A DNA stretch of 14,804 nucleotides from an uncultured Armatimonadaceae bacterium (GCA_964241985.1 CAXTBP010000120.1:1-14804); one strand, 5' to 3'. Shown: positions 1-7,019, counted from the stretch's first letter. The notes: generated from the letters alone by a model not told the origin. Numbers and translations are program-made.

Positions 1-309
1 CCACGTAATCATGATGCGGGCGATCCATTTACGCGCGCCGACTCGCTCCATGATTAAGTTGCTGGGAACTTCAAACAAAAAGTAGCCGACGAAAAACAAG
101 CCCGCGCCGATGCCATAAATGGTATCGCTGAACTTGAGATCGTCCTTCATCGTGAGGGCGGCGATACTCAAATTGCCCCGGTCAAGCAGGCAAAACACGT
201 ACAAAAGGGCCAGAAACGGAATGAGTTTCCCCATCAGTTTGCGCAGATAACTGCGCTCGATTTCCGCGTTTTCGGTCGTCTCCGCCGTTGGGGACAAGGG
301 GACTGTCAT
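1..309 (-). CDS. MFS-type transporter (ACS/hexuronate-phthalate permease-like), N-terminal 103 aa; partial, continues past the left edge
   Basis: Reverse-complement of 1..309 reads without a stop as MTVPLSPTAETTENAEIERSYLRKLMGKLIPFLALLYVFCLLDRGNLSIAALTMKDDLKFSDTIYGIGAGLFFVGYFLFEVPSNLIMERVGARKWIARIMITW. It has a hydrophobic TM1, a 'DRGNLS' motif and a 'G-x-x-R-x-G-x-R' loop typical of MFS N-termini. ATG at 307..309 is preceded on the minus strand by AGGAG with a 6-nt spacer. The ORF track omits it because the frame runs off the window. Confidence 0.6.
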   Translation of the reverse strand, partial: MTVPLSPTAETTENAEIERSYLRKLMGKLIPFLALLYVFCLLDRGNLSIAALTMKDDLKFSDTIYGIGAGLFFVGYFLFEVPSNLIMERVGARKWIARIMITW

Positions 310-330
310 AGTTGCTCCTGCGCTTGGTTC

Positions 331-350
331 TGCGGCATTGTAGCACAAAC
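331..350 (-). promoter_or_regulatory. Putative sigma70-type extended -10 promoter (TGCTACAAT) for the MFS gene
   Basis: The minus strand reads ...TTTGTGCTACAATGCCGCAGAACCAAGCGCAGGAGCAACTATG. TGnTACAAT lies about 27 nt upstream of the ATG, with the AGGAG SD between. The -35 is poor, but an extended -10 can compensate. Confidence 0.35.
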
Positions 351-355
351 CAAAT

Positions 356-395
356 GGAAAAAGCGCGGGCCACTCCCGATTGGGGCGGCCCGCGC
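356..395 (-). terminator. Rho-independent terminator of the hydrolase gene (minus strand)
   Basis: Perfect 9-bp inverted repeat GCGCGGGCC...GGCCCGCGC (363..371 / 387..395) with an inner CCC/GGG pair in the loop. On the minus strand it is followed by TTTTT (complement of AAAAA at 358..362). It lies 25 nt downstream of the hydrolase stop. Confidence 0.6.
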
Positions 396-420
396 TTTCA
401 AATCATCTTGCGCTGTAACG

Positions 421-1245
421 CTACGCGGATTGGAGGAACGCCAAAAGGTCGGCGGTTAGGCGTTCTTTTTGCGTGGCGAAAACGCCGTGCGGTTCGCCGT
501 CGTACTCGATGAGTTTGGCGGACGGAATGGCTTTAGCGACTTCGCGGGCGGTCGTGTCAATCGGCACGGTTTTGTCATCTGTGCCGTGGATGACGAGCAG
601 GGGCACATTAAACGAGGCCAAATCGGGGCGGAAGTCGGTCGTGGCAAACGCTTTGGCGCAGTCGAGCGTGGATTTGAGGCTCGCCATCAGGGCGATGTCG
701 GTTGCGTTATCGACGACTTCCTGACTGACCTTTTTTTCGATCAAGCCGTTACCGAAAAAGTCTTTGAAGAAACCGGCGAAGAACTGGGCGCGGTCTTTTT
801 TCATGCCTGCCGTCATTTGGTCGAAAACCGCTTGATCTACGCCGTTCGGGTTGTCGGGCGTTTTCAGCATATACGGCACGACGGACGAAACGAGGGCGGC
901 CTGCGTGACGTTCTTGCCGCCATAGCGGGACATATAGCGGGCGACTTCGCCGCCTGCCATTGAAAAACCGACAAGGGCGGCGTTGGTCGCACCGGTCGCT
1001 TCGATGAGGTCGGCCAAATCGTCGGTCAGTGTGTCGTAGTTGTAACCGTTCCACGGTTGTTCCGACCGACCAAACCCGCGTCGGTCGTAGGCAATCGTGC
1101 GGAAGCCCGCTTCGACAAGGGGAATAGCGATGTCGTCCCAGCCGTCGGCGTTCAGAGGCCAACCGTGAATGAGAATCACGGGGCGTCCCGTGCCCCAATC
1201 CTTATAGTAAAGTTGCGTTTTGTCGCGGGTTGTCAAATAGGCCAT
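421..1245 (-). CDS. Alpha/beta-hydrolase of the non-haem haloperoxidase / arylesterase family
   Basis: The translation MAYLTTRDKTQLYYKDWGTGRPVILIHGWPLNADGWD...GFSMAGGEVARY...IHGTDDKTVP...GEPHGVF aligns end to end with Pseudomonas fluorescens arylesterase / bacterial non-haem chloroperoxidases. It has a GxSxG nucleophile (GFSMAG), an Asp (HGTDD) and a His (PHG) triad. The track ORF starts 14 codons earlier (1287), but the family N-terminus is M-x-x-(F/L)-x-x-x-D, so I place the start at the internal ATG (1243..1245). Confidence 0.9.
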   Translation of the reverse strand: MAYLTTRDKTQLYYKDWGTGRPVILIHGWPLNADGWDDIAIPLVEAGFRTIAYDRRGFGRSEQPWNGYNYDTLTDDLADLIEATGATNAALVGFSMAGGEVARYMSRYGGKNVTQAALVSSVVPYMLKTPDNPNGVDQAVFDQMTAGMKKDRAQFFAGFFKDFFGNGLIEKKVSQEVVDNATDIALMASLKSTLDCAKAFATTDFRPDLASFNVPLLVIHGTDDKTVPIDTTAREVAKAIPSAKLIEYDGEPHGVFATQKERLTADLLAFLQSA

Positions 1246-1475
1246 CGGTTTATTTTCTTTCGGGGTAAGGTTTCGGTACGGCAGCAAGCGCGTCGAACCG
1301 CGCCGAAACCGTTTCCTTTGCCGATTTACCCAAAGAGGCCATTCCTACCAACACGCGCTCCGATTTTTCCGTCACGGTGGGGTTTTGTGTCCGCGAAAAA
1401 TAATTTTTCTGCAAGGTGCAACCTGCTTGAAACGGGCCGTGTCCCATAAATAAGCGGCAAGGAAGACCGCTGGGC

Positions 1476-2261
1476 ATGGGCGAAATTGGTGGACACAACG
1501 CGGGCAGCAGCGGCCTTTCCGCGCTGCTTTCATGGCAGAATTTGGTGTTTTTGCTGCCGTTTGGCGCGTCGATATTTTTGCTGTTGCTGTCGTCGTTTCG
1601 TTTGGGCGGCGGGCATCGGCACGCGGGCGGCGGTTTCAAAGGGCACGCAGGCGGCGGACACGGGCGGCATCACCACAGCGGCGGGGTCGGCAAAGGGCAC
1701 GCGAAAACGGCGGCGGGCAAGGCGCATGGCAAGCCCGGCGCGAAGCATAACAACGGTTCGTCGAAAAATCACGTCACGCCGCTTGGCTTCGTTATAGCCC
1801 TTGTTGGCGCAAACCGCGCGCCGCTCCCGCTTTTGGCGCAGATATTCTGTTTGGCGTGGGGCGTCGGAGGGCTTGCCGCAGGACGATTGCTTCCCGGCGG
1901 TGAACCAAGCGGGGCGGGCGAAAGCAGTTTGCGCTTTTTGTTTTGCTTGCTCGCCGCATTCGCGTTCGGGTTTGTCGCGGCCCGCTTGGGCGCGGAACTG
2001 TTGGCCCGATTTATGCCGCAGGAAAGCACATCGGTGGTTTCGCGCGATGCCTTGTACGGATTGACCGGCAAGGTGATTTTCCCGGTTACCGCGAGCGCGG
2101 GCCGGGTGCGCGTGTACGACGAATGGAACACGCTCCACGACGAATCCTGCCGCAGAGCGGGCGCGAATAGCGACGATGACGCCGCGCCGATTGCCAAAGG
2201 CCGCACAGTGCGCATCGTTGACCGCGACGCCAAAGGGTGTTTGTTGGTCGAAGAAGCCTAA
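1476..2261 (+). CDS. NfeD-like (YqiJ-type) membrane protein, paralog 1, with a His/Gly-rich cationic loop
   Basis: N-terminal TM segment FLLPFGASIFLLLLSS, then a low-complexity GGGHRHAGGGFKGHAGGGHGRHHHSGG...KHNNG loop, then two further hydrophobic segments. The C-terminal ~70 aa (VSRDALYGLTGKVIFPVTASAGRVRVYDEWNTLHDESCR...VRIVDRDAKGCLLVEE) have the pattern of an NfeD/YuaF OB-fold beta-barrel domain. It lies upstream of an SPFH/flotillin gene, as is typical for NfeD. Possible GGAAG SD 9 nt upstream. The exact start is uncertain (in-frame TTG/GTG at about 1542/1545). Confidence 0.65.
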   Translation: MGEIGGHNAGSSGLSALLSWQNLVFLLPFGASIFLLLLSSFRLGGGHRHAGGGFKGHAGGGHGRHHHSGGVGKGHAKTAAGKAHGKPGAKHNNGSSKNHVTPLGFVIALVGANRAPLPLLAQIFCLAWGVGGLAAGRLLPGGEPSGAGESSLRFLFCLLAAFAFGFVAARLGAELLARFMPQESTSVVSRDALYGLTGKVIFPVTASAGRVRVYDEWNTLHDESCRRAGANSDDDAAPIAKGRTVRIVDRDAKGCLLVEEA

Positions 2262-2294
2262 AAAACAAAGGCCCAAAAGGGAAACTGCGACACG

Positions 2295-2987
2295 ATGATG
2301 GTGTTTTTACAGCCGCGCTATTTGATTTTCCTGCTGCCCCTCGGTGTTTCCATTTTCTTGCTTACGCTGTCCCTGTTGTTTTCGGGCGGCGACAGCGACA
2401 ATGACGGCACGGATGGCAGCGACGGCGGCGACGACGGCGGCGACGGCGAAAGCGGCGACGCGGATTTAGACGGCGGCGATGCCAATGGCGACAGTGACAC
2501 AAGCGGCGACGATACCGACGGCGACCAAACAAAAAGCCACGGCGCAAACCACAAAAGTACGGCCCCGCGCAGTTTGCTTATTAACGGATTCGCGTTGGCG
2601 TGGGGCGTTTTCGGAATCGGCGCGAACCAACTGCTTTTCCCCGACGCGCAGGAACCGGCCTTTTCCAAACTCTGGCCTGTTTTTCTGATCGCGCTTGTCG
2701 CCGGTTTGGCGGGCGCGCTTGTGATGCGGCAGTTCGCGCAACGGTTGATGCCCGGCGTAAAAACGCAAACCGTGTCGCGCGATGCCTTGTTCGGCTTAAC
2801 CGGAACCCTGCTTTTCGCCGCGACCGTAACCGGCGGGCGGGTGCGCGTGTACGACGAATTCAACACCTTTCACGACGAGCCGTGCCGCGTCGCAGTTGGC
2901 GCGGCCTCAATCGCAAAAAGGGCCAAAGTACGTATTGTTGACCGGGACGCGGTGTCCGGTCGTTTGATAGTGGAAGCCGTTCACTAA
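2295..2987 (+). CDS. NfeD-like (YqiJ-type) membrane protein, paralog 2, with an Asp/Gly-rich anionic loop
   Basis: Same architecture as 1476..2261: TM segment FLLPLGVSIFLLTLS, then the loop GGDSDNDGTDGSDGGDDGGDGESGDADLDGGDANGDSDTSGDDTDGDQ, two hydrophobic segments, and a C-terminal domain VSRDALFGLTGTLLFAATVTGGRVRVYDEFNTFHDEPCR...VRIVDRDAVSGRLIVEAV that is clearly homologous to paralog 1. Runs of 19-22 nt of DNA identity persist, for example CGGGTGCGCGTGTACGACGAAT. Confidence 0.65.
   Translation: MMVFLQPRYLIFLLPLGVSIFLLTLSLLFSGGDSDNDGTDGSDGGDDGGDGESGDADLDGGDANGDSDTSGDDTDGDQTKSHGANHKSTAPRSLLINGFALAWGVFGIGANQLLFPDAQEPAFSKLWPVFLIALVAGLAGALVMRQFAQRLMPGVKTQTVSRDALFGLTGTLLFAATVTGGRVRVYDEFNTFHDEPCRVAVGAASIAKRAKVRIVDRDAVSGRLIVEAVH
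2386..2530. repeat. Imperfect tandem GGCGAC / GACGGC hexamer repeats (encode the Asp/Gly-rich loop)
   Basis: The sequence ggcgacagcgacaatgacggcacggatggcagcgacggcggcgacgacggcggcgacggcgaaagcggcgac... is a simple-sequence repeat. It also generates the spurious poly-Arg ORF on the opposite strand (2362..2547). Confidence 0.5.
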
Positions 2988-3029
2988 ACGGCACATAGAA
3001 AAACGGAACGCTTTGGAGGAGCGTACCAC

Positions 3030-5129
3030 ATGGGATTTATTGTGATTGCGGCGGGGCTTGCGCTGATTGTTTTCGGCCTCTTGGGGCCAGCCCTCGGAGC
3101 GCCCATACAAACGTTGGCGGGCCTGCTCATTATGATTTGCGGCCTGCTCGTCACCCTCGTCGGACTGGGCTTGACGTTTATGGGCTTCTATCGGCGCACG
3201 AGCGCGGATCAAGCCTTTGTGCGCACAGGGCAGGGCGGCAAGCACGTCGTTTTGGATGGCGGTATTCCTGTCTATCCGCTCATTCATCGCATCATTGAGA
3301 TCAACCTCAAAACGATGAAATTAGGCGTTAACCCGCGCGGCGCGAACGCGCTCATTACACGGGATAATTTGCGGGCCAACGTCCTCGCACAGTTTTATAT
3401 TCGCGTACAGGCCGATACCGAGCATATCCTGAACGCCGCCCGCAGCTTGGGTGAAAACAGCATCAACGAACGGGCCGTCGAAGAATTAGTGTCGGAAAAA
3501 CTGACGAGCGCGCTCCGCGCTATCGCTTCGCAGATGGACTTGTTCGATATTCACACCCAGCGCGACCAGTTTGCTGAGCGGGTCAAGGAACACGTCAAGG
3601 ACGACTTGGAAGCCAACGGTTTGCTTTTGGAATCCGTCACGATTTCCGAACTCGACCAAACCGACCCGGCAGAGTTGTCGGACAACAACGTCTTCGATGC
3701 GCAGGGCAAGCGTAAAATCACCGAAATTACCGCCGCCGCGATGGTGGAGCGCAACAATTTGGAGCGCACCGCCGAACAAGCCCGCAAACTCAAGGACGTG
3801 GAAACGCGCCAGCAAATCTTAGGTTTGGAGCGGCAACAGGCTGAGGCCGAAGCGCAGCAGCAAACGGAAATCGCCAAAGTCCGCGCCGACAACGAGCGCG
3901 AATCTCAAGAAGCGGTTATTGTGCAGCAGCGGCAAATCGAACTTGCGCGGATCGAAAAAGAGAAGCAGGTGCAGGCGCAGGAAATCGCGCGACAGCAAGC
4001 CGTCGAAATCGCGCGAACCCAGCAGGAACAGGCCGTGCAGGCCGCGCAAATCGTGCGTGACCAAGCCCTGCAAACGGCGACGGTCGAGCGGGAAAAATCC
4101 GTCAGTGTCGCCGAGCGGCAAAAGCAAATCGCGGTTGCCCAGCAGGAAACCGCGCGCGCCAAAGCCGAAGAGGAAGCCCTGTCCGCGCAGGCCGACCGTG
4201 AAAAAGCGAGCCAGCAAGTCGTCACCGTGACGCAGCTTGCCGAAGCCGACCGCGACGCCAACAAAAAACTGATCGCGGCCCGGCAGGAAATCGAGCAGTC
4301 CAAACTTCGGCAACAAACCGGGGCCGACGTGGAAGCCTACACGCGCATTAAGCAGGCCGAGGCGGAGCGCGAATCTGCCGTTCAGCAGGCCGAAGCGCGT
4401 TTGCAGATGGCGGAAGCTGAAGCGCAGGCCCGCGAACTGGTCGCCCGTGGCGAAAAAGCGCAGCAAATGGTAGCCGTGGAAGTCAACCGCGAACAGGTTA
4501 CGGTGGACGAAGCGAAGGTCGCTGTCGAGCGGCAACAATTGGAAAACCGGCAACAGTTCGCCCAAGCCGGTATTCAGTTAGAAGTCCAGAAACTGACGAT
4601 TCAAGCCGACCGCGACGTGCAAATGGAGTTCGCCAAAGCGATGGCAAACTTCTTATCGTCGGGGCACATGACCTTGTACGGCACGCCCGAAACCGCCAAT
4701 ATGATGATCGACAATATGGCAAAAGGCTTCGGTCTGCGCTCAATGATCAACAGTTTCGTCAATGGCCCGGACGACGGCGCAAACGGAAACGGCGCGAACT
4801 TACCTGCCGTCCGCTCGACAAACGGCAATGGAAACGGAACCGACGCCGTGGGCGCGCTCTTATCGCAGGTCGGCGGTTTGCTTGGCCCCGCGCTCGCCAA
4901 AGTGACGGGCGGCGCAAACAGTAATTCGGCGCAAACGTCCGAGGACACGGAAGCCATCGCCCAGCGTTTGGCAAGCGATCCCAAACTGCTGGCCGCGCTC
5001 CGCGACGCCCTTGCCGCGCAGCCCACGCCCGCCGTTGTCGCCGCCGTGCCGGTTGTGACCGTCGTTCCTGCCGCAATCAACAACGGCAGCCCGGACGCTG
5101 CAACCGCCGCGAAACCTGCCGTCAAGTAG
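3030..5129 (+). CDS. Flotillin-like SPFH/band-7 protein (YqiK/FloT family)
   Basis: N-terminal TM hairpin (IVIAAGLALIVFGLLGPALG...LLIMICGLLVTLVGLGLTFMGF). The SPFH core reads AFVRTGQGGKHVVLDGGIPVYPLIHRIIEINLKTMKL...ALITRDNLRANVLAQFYIRVQ. It is followed by a long E/A/Q-rich coiled coil (the flotillin domain) and a Gly/Asn/Ala-rich C-terminal tail. Strong SD (GGAGGAG, 8-nt spacer). It is the third gene in the operon after the two NfeD-like genes. Confidence 0.85.
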   Translation: MGFIVIAAGLALIVFGLLGPALGAPIQTLAGLLIMICGLLVTLVGLGLTFMGFYRRTSADQAFVRTGQGGKHVVLDGGIPVYPLIHRIIEINLKTMKLGVNPRGANALITRDNLRANVLAQFYIRVQADTEHILNAARSLGENSINERAVEELVSEKLTSALRAIASQMDLFDIHTQRDQFAERVKEHVKDDLEANGLLLESVTISELDQTDPAELSDNNVFDAQGKRKITEITAAAMVERNNLERTAEQARKLKDVETRQQILGLERQQAEAEAQQQTEIAKVRADNERESQEAVIVQQRQIELARIEKEKQVQAQEIARQQAVEIARTQQEQAVQAAQIVRDQALQTATVEREKSVSVAERQKQIAVAQQETARAKAEEEALSAQADREKASQQVVTVTQLAEADRDANKKLIAARQEIEQSKLRQQTGADVEAYTRIKQAEAERESAVQQAEARLQMAEAEAQARELVARGEKAQQMVAVEVNREQVTVDEAKVAVERQQLENRQQFAQAGIQLEVQKLTIQADRDVQMEFAKAMANFLSSGHMTLYGTPETANMMIDNMAKGFGLRSMINSFVNGPDDGANGNGANLPAVRSTNGNGNGTDAVGALLSQVGGLLGPALAKVTGGANSNSAQTSEDTEAIAQRLASDPKLLAALRDALAAQPTPAVVAAVPVVTVVPAAINNGSPDAATAAKPAVK

Positions 5130-5199
5130 CGTTGAGCGAACCAAGAGAAAAGGGGATAGCGAATAGCCCGGCGCGTTTGCGCCGGGCTTTTTGTGTTTT
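5097..5199. repeat. Copy A of a duplicated 3'-end-plus-terminator module (last ~9 codons of the flotillin gene, then the terminator)
   Basis: The coding block gctgcaaccgccgcgaaacctgccgtcaagtagcg (..AATAAKPAVK*) and the terminator block agcccggcgcgtttgcgccgggctttttgtgtttt are separated by a 33-nt spacer. See copy B at 6284..6375. Confidence 0.6.
5165..5199 (+). terminator. Rho-independent terminator of the nfeD-nfeD-flotillin operon
   Basis: Perfect 9-bp stem GCCCGGCGC / GCGCCGGGC with a GTTT tetraloop, followed by TTTTTGTGTTTT. It lies 36 nt after the flotillin stop. Confidence 0.75.
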
Positions 5200-5278
5200 A
5201 TGCGACGGAAGGTGCCCGGTGGTACAGTAAAACCGATATGCGAGACTCTTTGAAGCCCGAACGGGCTATGGTTCGTCC

Positions 5279-6316
5279 GTGAAACTTCGCTTCAAACCGG
5301 ACTGGTTTCTTTCGGGCATGGTCATCGCCGTGGTGCTTGCGTGGCTTTTCCCGAGCGCCGGGGCGGAAGGCGGCTGGCTTCATCCCGAAATTCTGACCAA
5401 AGCGGGCGTCGCCCTGATTTTCTTTTTGCACGGCGTCGCGCTTTCGTTTGGCGATTTGAAGGCGGGAATGTTGCGCTGGCCTATCCATTTGCTCGTTCAG
5501 GGCTGCACGTTCCTCTTATTTCCCCTGCTGGGAATGGGGCTGCTTTTGCTGCCGGGCGTGCCGCTCGATTGGTGTCCGCCCGCGCTGAAACTGGGCCTAT
5601 TTTATTTGTGCGCCTTGCCATCGACGGTTTCATCGTCGGTTGCGATGACGGCGGCGGCTAAAGGCGACGTACCGATTGCCGTGTTCAACGCCACGATTTC
5701 CAGCCTCATCGGGGTATTCGCCACGCCGCTCTGGATTGGGGTAGCCCTAAAAACGCAGGGAACCGGCGGCGAAGCGCACGCGCTTCCGCTGGGTTCGGTC
5801 ATTTTGGATTTGATGCTGTGGCTCGTTTTGCCGCTCATTGTCGGGCAGATTTTCCGCCCGCTCTTAGGCGCATGGGTCAAAAAAAACAAAGCGTTCGTCA
5901 ATAAGGTGGATCGCTGTACGATTTTGCTGCTCGTGTACACCTCGTTTTGCGATTCGGTCAAGCGCGGCGTATGGACGGGGCACGGCATCGCCACACTTCT
6001 CGTCACGCTCGTTGCCTCACTCATTTTGTTTGGTGCGGTGTTTTTTGCAACGGGAACGGCGTGCGACCTTTTGAATGTGCCGCGCAAAGACCGTATCGCC
6101 GCCGTGTTTTGCGGATCGAAAAAATCACTGGCTTCGGGCGTCCCGATGGCGCAGCTAATTTTCGGGGCAAACCCCGGCATGGGTCTGATTCTGCTTCCGA
6201 TTATGATTTATCATCCGCTCCAGCTTTTCATCTGCTCCCTGCTCGCCGACCGCTGGGCACGCGAACCGCATACGGATGATAATGCCGCAACCGCTGCGAA
6301 ACCCGTCGCCAAATAG
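5279..6316 (+). CDS. Bile acid:sodium symporter (BASS/SBF-like, YfeH-type) family transporter
   Basis: The N-terminus MKLRFKPDWFLSGMVIAVVLAWLFPSAG matches the MKLFRILDPF...-type start of YfeH-like proteins. It is a polytopic membrane protein with ~10 hydrophobic segments, Pro/Gly-rich helix breaks (LLFPLLGMGLLLLPGVPLDW) and the CGSKKSLASGVPMAQ motif region. GTG start with no obvious SD. The C-terminal tail ...DNAATAAKPVAK is not typical of the family (see findings). Confidence 0.75.
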   Translation: MKLRFKPDWFLSGMVIAVVLAWLFPSAGAEGGWLHPEILTKAGVALIFFLHGVALSFGDLKAGMLRWPIHLLVQGCTFLLFPLLGMGLLLLPGVPLDWCPPALKLGLFYLCALPSTVSSSVAMTAAAKGDVPIAVFNATISSLIGVFATPLWIGVALKTQGTGGEAHALPLGSVILDLMLWLVLPLIVGQIFRPLLGAWVKKNKAFVNKVDRCTILLLVYTSFCDSVKRGVWTGHGIATLLVTLVASLILFGAVFFATGTACDLLNVPRKDRIAAVFCGSKKSLASGVPMAQLIFGANPGMGLILLPIMIYHPLQLFICSLLADRWAREPHTDDNAATAAKPVAK

Positions 6317-6375
6317 CGCATCGCAAAATCGCATAAAAAAGCCCGGCGCGTTTGCGTCGGGCTTTTTTGTGTTTT
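6284..6375. repeat. Copy B of the duplicated 3'-end-plus-terminator module (last ~9 codons of the BASS transporter, then the terminator)
   Basis: The coding block gccgcaaccgctgcgaaacccgtcgccaaatagcg matches 29 of 35 nt of copy A. The terminator agcccggcgcgtttgcgtcgggcttttttgtgtttt matches copy A apart from one substitution and one extra T. The spacer between the blocks is 21 nt and unrelated. Confidence 0.6.
6340..6375. terminator. Rho-independent, probably bidirectional, terminator between the convergent BASS transporter (+) and the Uma2 operon (-)
   Basis: Stem GCCCGGCGC / GCGTCGGGC (one G-U wobble) with a GTTT loop. It is flanked by AAAAAA upstream and TTTTTTGTGTTTT downstream, so it is U-rich on both strands. 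The Uma2 stop is 9 nt to the right. Confidence 0.7.
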
Positions 6376-6383
6376 GCGCTTGT

Positions 6384-6983
6384 CTATGCGGGCAGGAGCA
6401 TATCGGAAACCCGTAAAACGGACTGCGCCGCCGCGAGCGAAACGGTGTCGGTTTCTTCAAACGTGGCAAGATTTGCGTAGCCGTTGGGCGTCGGCTGAGA
6501 ATACACGCGCAGTTCGCGCCCGTTCAAATCCAGCACCCAGTATTCCACAACTCCGGCCCGCGCATACAGCGCGGCCTTGACGGATACATCGGTGCGGAGC
6601 GTGGTATCGGAAACTTCGACAAGAAGCCGCACGTCGCGGGCCGCCGGGTCGCCCGTATAATCGGAAACCGGGCGATGCAGAACGACGACATCCGGCTCCG
6701 GCAGGTTGTTGTCGTCAAGGGCGACCGGCCCTTGCGACTGCACGAACTCCGTGCCAAACACTCCCATCAGCAACGCCTGAACGCGCATACACGCCACCAA
6801 GTGCCTGCGTTTTTGCGGCATAACGGTAACAATTTCCCCTTCCAAAAGTTCGTAACGCGCCGCGCTACTTGCCGTGGAGCCGAGCCAGCCGCTGTCAAAT
6901 AAACGCGCGTACTCGTCGCGCGTCCAAGTTTTGCGCGGCATTTCTTGGCTGTTTGGCAAAATTACTTCTGCTGTTGCTGTCAT
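6384..6983 (-). CDS. Uma2-family (DUF820) PD-(D/E)xK putative restriction-endonuclease-like protein
   Basis: Characteristic Uma2 pattern: TRDEYARLFDSGWL...RYELLEGEIVTVMPQKRRH...PDVVVL...VRLLVEVSDTT...KAALYARAGVVEYWVLD...RVY. The true start may be the second Met (MPRKTWTRDEY..., about 6941), which fits the family N-terminus better. Confidence 0.8.
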   Translation of the reverse strand: MTATAEVILPNSQEMPRKTWTRDEYARLFDSGWLGSTASSAARYELLEGEIVTVMPQKRRHLVACMRVQALLMGVFGTEFVQSQGPVALDDNNLPEPDVVVLHRPVSDYTGDPAARDVRLLVEVSDTTLRTDVSVKAALYARAGVVEYWVLDLNGRELRVYSQPTPNGYANLATFEETDTVSLAAAQSVLRVSDMLLPA

Positions 6984-7019
6984 TGTTATTCAATCTACTG
7001 ATTTTCAAAACTAAGTTAT

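Noticed and set aside
1246-1287. First 14 codons of track ORF 421..1287 (MLPYRNLTPKENKP)
   Set aside because: Homology to arylesterase/haloperoxidases begins at the internal Met (MAYLTT...), so the upstream extension is probably not translated.
1409-1421. Apparent dyad TGCAaggTGCA
   Set aside because: TGCA is self-complementary, so this is just a direct repeat of a palindromic tetramer. It is too short to be meaningful.
1425-1455. TTGAAA ... TAAATA as a sigma70 promoter for the nfeD-flotillin operon
   Set aside because: The -35 is good, but spacing to any acceptable -10 hexamer is 13-15 nt and the -10 candidates are weak. The operon promoter is probably in 1290..1470, but I cannot pin it down.
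1530-2276. Minus-strand ORFs 1530..2276 and 1769..2233, and plus-strand alternative frames 1486..1797 and 1532..1750
   Set aside because: They overlap NfeD-like paralog 1. Their translations are Arg/Ala-rich junk with no domain signature, whereas the sense frame has a clear paralog relationship to the next gene.
2386-2530. Possible CRISPR-like repeat array
   Set aside because: The repeat unit is only 6 nt, lies inside a coding region and has no spacers, so it is a simple sequence repeat and not a CRISPR array. No CRISPR repeats were seen anywhere in the window.
2362-2547. 61-aa poly-Arg ORF (RRRRRRRRR)
   Set aside because: It is the reverse-complement reading of the GGCGAC hexamer repeat that encodes the Asp/Gly loop of paralog 2. 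It is a repeat artefact.
3819-4565. 248-aa minus-strand ORF (plus 3905..4303, 3551..3892, 3486..3815) inside the flotillin gene
   Set aside because: These are antisense to the E/A/Q-rich coiled-coil repeat of a well-supported SPFH gene. The translations are low-complexity (L/R/G/F-rich) and typical of stop-codon-poor antisense frames in GC-rich repetitive DNA.
1476-5129. nfeD1, nfeD2 and the flotillin gene are all in the same reading frame, separated by single stops with stop-free spacers (33 and 42 nt)
   Set aside because: There is a ~1-in-9 chance of this happening by coincidence. Each downstream gene has its own SD (AAGGGA, GGAGGAG). Read-through fusions of paralogous membrane proteins are implausible. 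I note it only as a curiosity.
5198-5488. 96-aa minus-strand ORF overlapping the BASS transporter start, and 5341..5661 plus, 5602..6180 minus
   Set aside because: They overlap a well-supported transporter gene and have no signals or motifs.
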